From Octopus vulgaris (lineage: Eukaryota), in contig OX597815.1 of NCBI GenBank assembly GCA_951406725.2, positions 25,854,001-25,918,000 of the forward strand: DNA of 64,000 nt. Reading direction: 5' to 3'. Shown piece by piece: positions 44,459 to 56,555 of the stretch. A program made the translations under genes and the position numbers. Position 1 is the first letter of the stretch. The number at the start of each line of letters is the position of its first letter. A model generated the notes under the pieces. It was not told where the DNA came from, did not search any database, and saw nothing but the letters and a program-made list of their open reading frames with translations.

Positions 44459-44837
44459 CCAGAAATTGAAAACAGAGAGTTGCTTATTTGCAAAAAAAAA
44501 AAAAAAAGAAATATAACATGTGACTCCATTGACCGAGGTTACCGTGGTCTTTTCCGTAGGCTTTTCTTTCCACGGGTAAACCTCACCTGTCCTCCCCTTT
44601 ACACTTCATATTGACATTTCTGTGATAACGATCCCTATTGATCAATTTTTTTTTCCTCTCCCCTTTTTTTTTTAACCCCTTTTTTTTTTGTCCTCTTTCT
44701 CTCCTTTTACGATCCCTTTTGATCGAAACTCCCCCTTCCTTTTTTTTTTTTTTTTTTCTTTAACCCTTCAAAAGAAAAGCTCTACCTTGTAATTTGTTCT
44801 ATCTGTGTGCAGCCCTGTGTGGCTAATAAAGAAACAT
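44459..44837 (+). mobile_element. Second, shorter copy of the same Tx1-like 3' UTR in the same (TCTA)n tract
   Basis: Near-identical to 43949-44334, with several substitutions and homopolymer-length differences. Confidence 0.85.
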
Positions 44838-47528
44838 ATCTATATATCTATCGACACCTCCGAAAGGGGGTGCCCCGCCACGTCAAAACGGTGGAGGAGT
44901 AGGGGCCGAAACCGGACGTGGTGCCTCCTGATGATGTCTTGAGCTAACTGGATCCTATAAAGAAGCTGTTGTGGTAGCAGACCACGAAACACGGTTGTAA
45001 TTTCTCCTATGTATGTATATGCGATGCGTGTGTGTATTTGTGCTTCTGTCTCTCTCTCTCTTTCTCTTTCTCTCTGTACGTATATCTGCCAAAAGTACAA
45101 TAATTGTTTCGCTTGTGCACCAAAATTTTCACCACGACTTCCGTAAAATAAATTCTGAATTCAAAAGTTTGTCATAAATGTGTTGTTTTTCAAGCTCTTT
45201 CCGATGCCAGAAACCTATCTTTGGAGTAAAACGTAGAAAAACCAGGACTGTACGTCCAAACTGCTTTAACAGTCTGAAGGAAGCCGGTTATGGGAAATAT
45301 TTCATTGTCAATTTTTATAAACAAAAGCCACTTCACTGATTTCGTTTATAGTTTCATCCAAAACAACTCCTTACCGATAACTCAAACAATACCAAATCTG
45401 GAAGTCCCTGAATTAATTTTGTATAACAGATTCTCGTCGAAGCATTGTATTCTCTCCGTCAGAATATGAACACATTTCTATTTAAATATTATTTGCTGTA
45501 AAACATTTTATACATTTTTGTTGTTATTGCTTCTAATTCAACTAAATCATGAAACGTTGTTGCGAATAATCACCGCAAAAAATGTCCTTTATAAAATGAA
45601 GCTTAGTAATGATAAATGTTTTAAAATTTCTTTAAGGTAATTTTACTTAAAATCACATTTCTTGTTGATTCAATGACATATTCTGCAATACTGTGTTGTA
45701 TAAGTTTAATTTTTGAATGTAGTATATCTACTATATTTGTATGAACATTTTAGTCAAAATGTTCTTTGATTTTATTATTTTTTTTTTTGTGGTAATAAAG
45801 CTGAATTTTTCTACGAATTCATTTGAAGTAAAGTTCGACCTCTTACGACTTGCTCGTCTCGAATCTTCGCACGACGAGGTCTCGGAGAAAGAAAAGTCTG
45901 CCGGAGAAGGGAGATGTACGTGTGAGAATATGAGTTCGTGCACGAGTACAATTCTGTCATTTGGATCATTGCAGATAGGGTGATTCTTTGATTGTGGTTA
46001 TGGTGATGGAACCTGTTCTTTTGATGCAAGGTGTTGCTCTAAACTATTGTTGTTGTTGCTAAGCTTATTCATCCATATTGTTCTTGTTGTTAAGGTTGTG
46101 GTGTTGTAGTAGTGTGGGCCATCCTTCTTTTTTCTTCTCTACCGTGACACGCAGTCATTCTACCAACAATTGCTGCAAACCTCTGGAAGCTGTGCTGTCA
46201 GACAACTTGATCAGATCGGAGTTACTTCGAGCTTCCCCATATCTTTTAAAATCAAGTGATCCTTGCCAATCACCGATCATTTCTCCCTGTGTAACTTGTA
46301 AACCTTAAGGTTACTTAATCCGTCCTCTTCGCTGGTTAAGAATGTTATCGAATAGGTATCTATTTCTGGCGGCACCATCATCACCATCCACCACCACCAT
46401 CCCTTCACCACTCGCTGGATAAGAATAAGAATTATCTTCTTATTCTTGATTTCTCACCTCATCCTCAGAGGGTAACCTCACGACCACCTCTTCTTAGTAC
46501 TTGCCGCAGGTAACAAAAGTTTTCCTGTCAGGCACTTTTCCACTTGAATCTATCACAGTCTCTTTATGCTGTGACCGTTTGTGCCTATGTTTCAGTATAT
46601 TGTTCTACATTTTTTAATATTGTTTATCCCTCCCCACTCCTGAAGCACTGCTAAAATGATCTTACTGTTTTGCTTTCCCAGAATTATTCTGGCTTTTCTC
46701 AATCATTCTGTTCCGTAATTATAATTTCTCAGTGGATTTTGCAGCACTTGTAAAAGAGACAGTTTTAGAAGCTACTTTGCTTATAAGCTTGTGTTATTGT
46801 TGCAGCTGGTAGAAGTGATATTTGCCAATTCCACTGTGAAAGCAATTCTAGTGTCTTCTTCTTCTTCTTCTTCTTCTTCTTCTTCTTCTTCTTCTTCTTC
46901 TTCCAATCAGAACTCACGCCATTAGCCACAAAGAATAATCTCTAATTCGAGCCTACTCTAAGCTACTAAGAATGCGTGTGGCAACTTGAAGATCCACCCA
47001 CCACACGCGATAGACTGGCGGTTGCACGGGCGCGAAAGCCACGTTGTTATCCTCATTCCGTAAACGGTGGCTTTTAACGGGTGGAGAGCTGAACCATCCT
47101 GGGGTACAGAGGATTCGCAATCTAGACTAGGGTCTGAAAGTGGGTTTCACCATGGTTCTTCTGCTTTGTGGCAGAAGTAAGAAGAGCCTCGTGGAACTTA
47201 GGTGTTTTTGCTCAATAAACACTCACAGTGCCCGGTCTGGGAATCGAAACCGCGTTCTTACGACCGCGAGTCCGCTGTCCTAACCACTGGGCCATTGCGC
47301 CTTCACAGTGTTGTTGTTGTTAGTGGTGGTGGTGGTGGTGGTGATGGTGGCATTGCATCGTACTACAATCTTGTTCTTGCCATCAGTCTACTGATGGCAG
47401 TAGTGCTGCCTTTATTTATCGTGCTGTCGCGTTTTGCCTCATTGCTGTATTGCACCATACATCTATTTGTGTTATTAGAACCAACGAATAAGCACATGGT
47501 ATTACGAATCTCCAAAAAAGTTTTCAGA

Positions 47529-47945
47529 TAGGCGCAGGAGTGGCTATGTGGTAAGTAGCTTGTTTACCAGCCACATTGTTCCGGGTTCAGTCCCACTGCG
47601 TGGCACCTTGGGCAAGTGTCTTCTACTATAGCCTCGGGCCGACCAAAGCCTTGTGAGTGGATTTGGTAAATGGAAACTGAAAGAAGCCCGTCGTATATAT
47701 GTATATATATATGTGTGTGTGTGTGTTTGTGTGTCTGAATTTGTCCTCCTAGCATTGCTTGACAACCGATGTTGTTGTGTTTATGTCCCCGTTACTTAGC
47801 GGTTCGGCAAAAGAGACCGATCAAATAAGTACTGGGCTTACAAAAGAATAAGTCCCAGGGTCGAGTTGCTCGATTAAAGGCGGTGCTCCAGCATGGCCGC
47901 AGTCAAATGACTGAAACAAGTAAAAGAGTAAAGAGTAAAAGAGAG
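47529..47945 (+). mobile_element. SINE B
   Basis: Near-consensus full-length copy. Confidence 0.85.
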
Positions 47946-48431
47946 ATAAGGCAAGCGATAACTTCAACACTATTTGTTTAGTTTTCACTTTCTGCAGACG
48001 ACGGGGAAAGTAGGTGCGCCTACTCTAAACAAAAAAAGATACTGAACATTTATAAACATGCCTCTTCCGCCCGAGAGTGTCATTCTTAAACTATATTAAC
48101 AAAATTCCAGAAGCAGACCTGACAACCCCTATAGCAGCAGCAACAGGTCCATTGCCACCGCCAGCTATAACGGAAATAACAGCAGCAGCAGCGCACCACA
48201 GCTAATGACACCTCTTGCAGCAATGGCAACTCTGCCACCAATGACGAAGACCATAATAACAATAACAGCGGTTTCACCATAACCGGCAGTGGCGATACCA
48301 TTACCGACGCCACCACCACCTCCAGCGACGCCAACGCCAACACCAGTAGTTCCAGCTCCAACAACAAGAATGTTGGTGGCAACAGCAGCAACAACAGCAG
48401 CAACAACAACAACACCAGCAGGTACAGTACC

Positions 48432-48659
48432 TATTTCTTTATTACCCACAAGGGGCTAAACATAGAGGGGCCGAACAAGGACAGACATAGGTATTAAGTC
48501 CATTACATCGACCCCAGTGCGTGACTGGTGCTTAATTTATCGACCCCGAAAGGATGAAAGGCAAAGTCGACCTCGGCGGAATTTGAACTCAGAACGTAAC
48601 GGCAGACGAAATACCGCTTAGCATTTCGCCCGGCGCGCTAACGATTCTGCCAGCTCGCC
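48432..48659 (-). mobile_element. SINE A monomer with 14-bp TSD
   Basis: gcaggtacagtacc at 48418-48431 and 48660-48673. Confidence 0.9.
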
Positions 48660-48674
48660 GCAGGTACAGTACCG

Positions 48675-49200
48675 ACCCCCCCCCACCGAGATACATTTCC
48701 GGGAACTCTTTCAAGCAACGTCCCTCTAACTATAGGTCCTCCTTCAGAGTTCCGGAAAGGAGATACGTAACAACTAAGAACACGTAGCAACTAAGGGACG
48801 ATGGGATTCCATACTCGATCTCATGGAAAACCTTCGAGAACCCTGGCCCCTACATCAACAGAGCCTAGCGTTAGAAGTTATGCATATCTGAACGCGTGAG
48901 AATCCTAAAAGATTCACTAGAACCAGCGAACATCCTTAAATCCAAAACGGAGATTTTGGGGGTTATGTTTACATTTCAGGAGGTTGTTGCTAGTTTTTGG
49001 AGCCCGCAAGATGGCGATACAACCGGAAATCAATAACCAATAGTAAAGGGAGATAATCACCGATTGCTACCTTTGATTAGTGAGGCATTTCGCCTTCCAT
49101 AGTTTTAAGAGATCATGGGCCAACAGGTTTGGGGATCTGACGATATGTCATAAAGCTAAACCCTTTATGGACGGGAAACCTAAGGTAATCAATCCCATAA
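48675..49200 (+). mobile_element. Penelope-like element 3' fragment (GIY-YIG C-terminal half + pLTR)
   Basis: ISGNSFKQRPSNYRSSFR...LRDDGIPYSISWKTFENPGPYINRA*R*KLCISERVRIL...NILKSKTEILG parallels 31098-31523. A hammerhead lies downstream. Confidence 0.7.
49134..49190 (+). ncRNA. Type I hammerhead ribozyme motif in PLE pLTR
   Basis: gat-CTGACGA-(gtc.ataaag/ctttat.gac stem II)-GAAA-cctaagg-TA-atc. Confidence 0.6.
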
Positions 49201-49582
49201 TCACACACATACATATATATATATATATATACTTATATACGACAGGCTTCTTTCAGTTTCCGTCTACCAAATCCACTCACAAGGCATTGGTCGGCCCGGG
49301 GCTATAGCAGAAGACACTTGCCCAAGATGCCACGCAGTGGGACTGAACCCGGAACCATGTGGTTGGTTAGCAAGCTACTTACCACACAGCCACTCCTGCG
49401 CCTATAGAATAAAATTTTTCGAAAAAAATTCTATCAATAGCCAGCATATTAAAAAATACCTTTAAAGGTTAAATTTATAAACAACTTATAAACAAGGGCA
49501 AAAGAAAAAAAAATTCTAATGCTAAATATGCCGAAAACAGATGTATGTATATATAAATGTGTGTGTGTGCATATATATGTGC

Positions 49583-49621
<39 letters not shown>

Positions 49622-49672
49622 GACATAAATATATGTGTACATATATGTATATATAGATGTGTGTATATATAT

Positions 49673-49727
<55 letters not shown>

Positions 49728-50102
49728 CATATCTATGCATGCGTATGTATGTATGTATGTATGTATGTATGTATGTATGTATGTATGTATGTATGTATGT
49801 ATGTATGCATGTATGAATGTATGTATGCATGTATGTATGTATGCATGTATGTATGTAAGTACATTTGTCAATAATTCCTTTCACAGTTATTCGATTCGGA
49901 GTTGCACGCGTAGGAAAGATAATGGACGTCTGATATATCTAATAATGCTTAAACAATAGTATCCGCGTGAAAATCCGTCTGGCTACAGTGAGAGTCATCG
50001 ACTTCACACAAATAAACAAACACATTCTATGATATGCTTCTTTGAGTATACTTTTTCTCGACTAACATTTGTGTACACACACACACACACACACACACAT
50101 TA

Positions 50103-50171
<69 letters not shown>

Positions 50172-50201
50172 TATTCATACATAGGTATCTACATATCCAT
50201 T

Positions 50202-50244
<43 letters not shown>

Positions 50245-50274
50245 AAGTATATATATACGTATATAAATGTGTTT

Positions 50275-50314
<40 letters not shown>

Positions 50315-50808
50315 TCATATATATATACATATCCATATACATATATACATATATATAATGTAATATAATATAATATAATATAATTATATATACACACACT
50401 CACTCATACATACGCACACAAATATATACATATATACATTCTGGTTGATTCCTTGCCTCAACGTGTACTTCCTTGGAACAGTGTAGCCTTTAATCTCATC
50501 AAGATATCCTTGGCCTCAAAAGTAGCCGGTGGTATACACCTCACTTGGATTTTCCCATTTCGGAGTTTCTACTCGCTATGAAACATATGTAGCCCGGATT
50601 TCCCATACTCGATTCCGTAACTCTTGTATGTCTATATATATATGTGTGTGTGTGTGTGTATGATAGACAGACTGACAGATAGATCAATAGATATGTATAT
50701 ACGTATATGTGTGTGCGTATACGCGTGTGTACGCGCGGCGTGCGTTCATGGGCACATATCTACATAAATATATATGCACGTATGTATACAGAGATGTCTG
50801 CAAGTGTT

Positions 50809-50889
<81 letters not shown>

Positions 50890-51665
50890 ATGCAGATCCT
50901 GAGAGCCAAAGTCTCCCTATATTAGTAGCAGTATGCGAGAACATTCATGCATGTTCCACCTTATATAAAGAAGACACATCAGTCATGTGAAGAGTGCGTA
51001 TTCTATGAACCTTTCACAGCGCAGGACACTGCAGGTCTTCTCTGCTGACAACTTAATATAAATCCGTTCAATATTCTCTTCTCAAGCGACGCTGTATTTA
51101 TTCCGCCCCCGCCACCCGCCTCGCCTGTTTCGTTTTATATTAATAATTCTAAATATTTCTACCATTTCATTTATCGAAAATTCTAATTTGTACATGTACG
51201 CACATAGGTATATACAGGCATCAGTGCGTACACATATTTACATGTATATGTATGTGTCTAGGTATGCGTGTGTGCACGGATGCATGCATCTACTTTTGTA
51301 TGTAAATTCTTCACTGCCTGTCTGTTGTAGCCTGAAGATGCAGATCTTCTTCTACACAGAATATTGTCATTACCTCAGCCGCTTTCCTACTGCCTAGCTA
51401 CTGTGTTTCTACTGCATATCCACTGCAAGTCTTTTGCTGTTCTGTAGCTGTTATATACATAAGGTTGTACATAGTTGTGTTTACAGCTATTTCGGTGATT
51501 GAATTTAAAACGACGACAACGACGACGACGATAACCATGACAACAAAAACAATGAAAACAGCAGCAACAACAACAGCAAGGAACATATGAAGAAAGGGAG
51601 AACGGCTATGACTGCAACTACGACTAGTATTTGTATGACATCTTAAACTATATATTATAATACGA

Positions 51666-52534
51666 AGGCGACGAGTTGGCAGAATCATTAAGCACACCGG
51701 GCGAAATGCGTAGCCGTATTTCGTCTGCCGTTACGTTCTGAGTTCAAATTCCGCCGAAGTCGACTTTGCCTTTCATCCTTTCGGAGTCGATAAATTAAGC
51801 ACCAGTTACGCACTGGGGTCGTTGTAATCGACTTAATCCGTTTGTCTGTCCTTGTTTGTCCACTCTATGTTTAGCCCCTTGTGGGTAGTAAAGAAACAGG
51901 TATTTTAAAGAATAAAGGCGGCGAGCTGGCAGAGACGTTAGCACGCCGGGCGAAGTGCGTAGCCGTATTTCGTCTGCCGTTACGTCCTGAGTTCAAATTC
52001 CGCCGAGGTCAACTTTGCCTTTCATCCTTTCGGGGTTGATAACTTAAGTACCAGTTACGCACTGGGGTCGATATAATCGACTTCATCCGTTTGTATGTCA
52101 TTGTTTGTCCTCTCTGTTTTTTTATCCCGTTGTGGGTAGTAAAAAAATAGGTATTTCGTCTGCCGCTGCGTTCTGAGTTGAAATTTCGTCGAGGTCGACT
52201 TTGCCTTTCATCCTTTCGGGGTCGATAAATTAAGTACCAGTTACGCACTGGGGTCGATGTAACCGACTTGATCCCTTTGTCTATCCTTGTTTGTCCCCTT
52301 TATGTTTATTGCCTTGTGGGCAATAAAGAAATAAGAAACGTTAGCATTCCGGGCGAATTGCTGAGCAGTACTTCATCTGTTTTTACGTTCCGAGCTCAAA
52401 TTCTGTCGAGGTCGACTTTGCCTTTCATCCTTTCGGGATCGATAAATTAAGTACCAGCTGCGTACTGGGGTCGATCTAATCGACTGGCCTCTCCTCCGCG
52501 CAAAATTTTGGGCCTTGTACCTAGAACAGAAAAG
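51666..52534 (+). mobile_element. SINE A four-unit array inside a perfect 17-bp TSD
   Basis: tatatattataatacga at 51649-51665 and 52535-52551. Four cores. Confidence 0.88.
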
Positions 52535-52809
52535 TATATATTATAATACGACTGTTGAGGCTGCCAATACGAGGTTTGTAGAGACAGCCTGGACATAGAT
52601 ATTTTTGGTACGGATTTTATGGGGATTTGAAGAATATAGAGGAATACCGACTTCAACTAGATGCTGGATTGAAAGAAAAGTCAATTCACACCAAACTTTG
52701 TATCAAATTCAAAGTATCCAACAAGAATAAAAACTTGAAAGAGAAATACGGAATTTACTGCATGAGTATATATACTTGTCATAATCATCATCATCATCAT
52801 CATCATCAT

Positions 52810-53027
52810 TTAACGTCCGCTTTCCATGCTAGCATAGGCTGGACGGTTCAACTGGGGTCTGGGAAGCCAGAAGGCTGCACCAGGCCCAGTCAGATCTGGC
52901 AGTGTTTCAACAGCTGGATGCCATTCCTAACGCCTACCACTCCGTGAGTGTAGTGGGTGCTTTTTACGTGCCACCGACACAGGTGCCAGACGAGGCTGGC
53001 GAACGGCCACGCTCGGATGGTGCTTTA
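52810..53027 (-). mobile_element. Retroposon 3' fragment ending in (ATG)n (RTE-type tail)
   Basis: GC-rich interspersed-repeat-like block directly abutting (CAT)n. The ggatgccattcctaacgcc motif resembles RTE-related SINE tails. Family not established. Confidence 0.45.
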
Positions 53028-53558
53028 AGTTATTCTAAGTGCAACTTTCTGCTAATTAAAAATAATGGTCTCAAATTTTGGCACAAGGCCAGTAATTTAG
53101 AGGGCACTTATTTTATCGATCCCGAAAGGATAAAGGTAAAGTCGACTTCGGCAGGATTAGGACTCAGAATGTAACGACAGACGAAATGCTGCTAAGCAAT
53201 TTACCCGGCGTGCTAATGATTCTACCAGCTCACATCAAAGACTGACACTTTTCCTGAGCCTTCCTTGTATGTCTCCACTGTCTTGTTTTTGTTCCCAACT
53301 TTGACCTTCCATAAATCCTAAATTTTATTTTGGAATTTATGGGAGCAACTGACTCATATTGTTGTTGAATGTTGGAAATGAAGAGTAAATAGACCGCCGA
53401 CAACAGCTGAAGGGTCGTTCTCTGTTATTACTTGTCCTGTTTTCCATTTTTCTCTTGTTTGCGTATTCAACTCGCTTGTTTCCGAATTTCATGTTGTTTA
53501 CACAGTTGGTGACGTCCTGTACCCATATATGCATATATATACATACATATATATATAT

Positions 53559-53762
53559 AGTTAATCCAAACATGAAAACACAAAGAGAAAACACAACACG
53601 AGGACGTGGAACAAGTATAGTATTATTGGACGCTCAGGAAAGAAGGAAAGAAGGGGGGTATAACGTTTCGAGCGGAGCTCTTCGTCAGAAAAATAGGAAA
53701 AGGAAAGATCCAAAGAAGGGAAGATGGAAGAAAAAAAATTGCCAACGGTACACACGCCGTCA
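53559..53762 (-). mobile_element. ~210-bp hammerhead-bearing element, second copy
   Basis: Minus strand CTGACGA-a-gagc-tcc-gctc-GAAA-cg-TT at 53661-53688. The 3' end abuts (TA)n. Confidence 0.7.
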
Positions 53763-53783
53763 ATGTACATTTCCTCTCCCTCC

Positions 53784-53832
<49 letters not shown>

Positions 53833-54127
53833 CTGTATCTATCTATATGTTTATACACACATGTACGCATACATATACATACATACATACATACATAGAT
53901 AATCCTCGTAATTTCTTGAAATTCAACAATGTATATATGTAAAAACATGAACAGTGGTGAGTAAACTGATAAAGTGATACCTCAAAAGCGAAATCCCTTG
54001 CAATATTTTCTTTCGTGTTACTCAGGTAATCCTTTAATCCTTTCGCTACTTCAGACATAGTGAATCATCACTGACTGGGCCTTGGAAACCTTTAACCAAT
54101 GACGCTACCGTTCACAACATGGAATAT

Positions 54128-54522
54128 ATTCTTTTACTTGTTTCAGTCATTTGACTGCAGCCATGCTGGAGCGCCACTTTAAAGGATTTTAGTCGAGCAA
54201 ATCGACTCCAGGACTTATTCTTTGTAAGCCTAGTACTTATTCTATCGGTCACTTTTGCTGAATCGATAAGTTACGGTTATGTAAACACACCAACATCGGT
54301 TGTCAAGCGATGGTGAGGAGAAAAACACAGACACAAAGACATAAACACGCGCGCACATACACACATATGCGAGAGGCTTCTTTCAGTTTCTGCCTATCAA
54401 GCTCACTCACAAGGCTTTGGTCGGCCCGAGGCTATAGTAGAAGACACTTGCTCAAGGTGCCACGCAGTGGAACTGAACCCGGAACCATGTGGTTGGGAAC
54501 CAAACTTCTTACCACACAGCCT
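54128..54522 (-). mobile_element. SINE B
   Basis: Reverse-strand B motifs. Confidence 0.8.
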
Positions 54523-55166
54523 ATGAATTTTTTTTAATAAATAGCTGCTTACGTCCTTCATATATCTCTGCAGTTAGGTGAATTAGGCTGTTGAGATTTA
54601 AGTGCGAAGGTTGGCCATGAATACAATATATTGCCGGGATATGAACGACTGACCTTTAAGCTGGTTGGCTGGACGCCTACTACCTATGCCATCCTTTCTT
54701 CTTCTGATTACTGCAGACCTGTATAAAGAAACTCTGAGCAGCCGTTGCTCGCTTGCTAGCCATATTCAGCAATCAAACGAATATCTTATTTAAATTACAT
54801 ATAGATTTATCACTGCGTTCTTTTTTTCGTTCACCGCTGTACGATCTCCTCTACTTCTCTCAAACACTTGAAACTATTTGAGAAGTTTTAAGATGCTTCA
54901 GCATTCGTGCTATTCCTAAAGAAGTATCAATCGACCTCTAAATTACCATTCTTATCTTCCACTAACACAAATGCGTGATACTTTTAGAACGGTTTCTGGG
55001 TAACTGAAGAGGTCGGTCGTGCAATATAAAGCTGCAAGTACAGGTTCTGTTTAATTTCCGTTGCCATACAGAGATTTTATGAAATACACATGGAATAAGA
55101 TGATGATGATGATGATGATGATGATGTGATGATGATGACGATGACGATGATGATGATGATGATGAC

Positions 55167-55220
<54 letters not shown>

Positions 55221-55698
55221 ATGATGATGATGAAGACGACGACGACGACGACGATGATGATGATGATGATGATGATGATGAAGATTATGATAGTGATGAT
55301 GGTGATAATGTTAGTTTCTAATTTAGGCAGGAGACCAGCAGTTTTGAGAGGAGGGATAAACCGATACCATCGACTCCAGTTCTTGAACAGTAAGGGAGCA
55401 CACGCACACACATACGCACACGCACACACACTCACATGCACAACATAAACATGCGCGAGCACACACGCACAAACACAAAGACAAACGCACACACACACAC
55501 ACACACACATATGACAGGCTTCAAAACTGTTTCCGACTACCAAAATTATTCACAAGGCATTGATAGAAAAGGCTATAATAGAAAACACTCACCCAAGGCA
55601 CCGTCCGTTGGGACTGAATACGAAAGCACCAGGTGATCTTTAAATATCGCATATGTTAGCACTGGGTCATATACCTTAAAACAGTTTTCTAACTGTTA

Positions 55699-56555
55699 AG
55701 GCGGCGAGCTGGCAGAAACGTTAGCAAGCCGAGCGAACTGCCGAGCGATATTTCATCTATCTTTACATTCTGAGTTCAAGTTCAGCCGAGGTCGGCTTTG
55801 CCTTTCATCCTTTCGGGGTCGATTAAACAAGTACCAGTTACGCACTGGGGTCGATATAATCGACTGTTCTCCTTCCCCAAAATTTCGGTCCTTGTGCCTA
55901 GAGTAGAAATGAATAATTTGATAATATCTTTGCCTGCTAAGGCGCGAGCTGGCAGAAACGTTAGCATGCCTAGCTGTATTTCGCCTGCCGCTACGTTCTG
56001 AGTTCAAATTCCGCCGAGGTCGACTTTGCCTTTCATCCTTTTGGGGTCGATTAAACAAGTACCAGTTACGCACTGGGGTCGATATAATCGACTTAATTCG
56101 TTTGTCTGTCCTTGTTTTTCCTCTCTGTGTTTAGCCCCTTGTGGGTAGTGAAGAAATAGGTATTTCATCTGTCTTTACGTTCTGAGTTCAAATTTCACCG
56201 AGGTCGACTTTGCCTTTCATTCCTCCGGGGTCGATAAAGTAAGTACCAGTTGCATACTGGGGTCGATCTAATCGACTGGCCCCCTCCTCCAAAATTTCGG
56301 GCCTCGTGCCTAGAAGAGAAAAGAATAATTTGATAATACTCTTTACTGATATACGGCGGCGAGCTGGCAGTACCGTTAGCACGCCGGGCGAAGTGCTTAG
56401 CAGTACTTCGTCTGTCTTTATGTTCTAAGTTCAAATTCCGCCGAGGTAGACTTTGCCTTTCATTGTTTCGGGGTCGATAAATTAAGTACTAGTCAACTGG
56501 CCTTCTCCCCCAAAATTTCGGGCCTTGTGCCTAGAGTTGAAAAGAGTAGAAAAAA
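55699..56555 (+). mobile_element. SINE A cluster (four cores)
   Basis: Monomer, dimer, monomer. The spacer gaataatttgataata is repeated at 55911 and 56323. Confidence 0.85.

Noticed and set aside
45843-46859. Alternative genetic code (TAA/TAG as Gln) or stop readthrough
   Set aside because: TGA stops are also present, the stop frequency is near random expectation, and the flanks are ordinary host repeats.
48095-48430. N/S/T-rich protein-like reading (TTANDTSCSNGNSATNDEDHNNNN...)
   Set aside because: Needs a frameshift, has no splice or start context, and is interrupted by a SINE. Best explained as decayed AAC/AGC/ACC triplet repeat, like 2000-2170 and 57100-57230.
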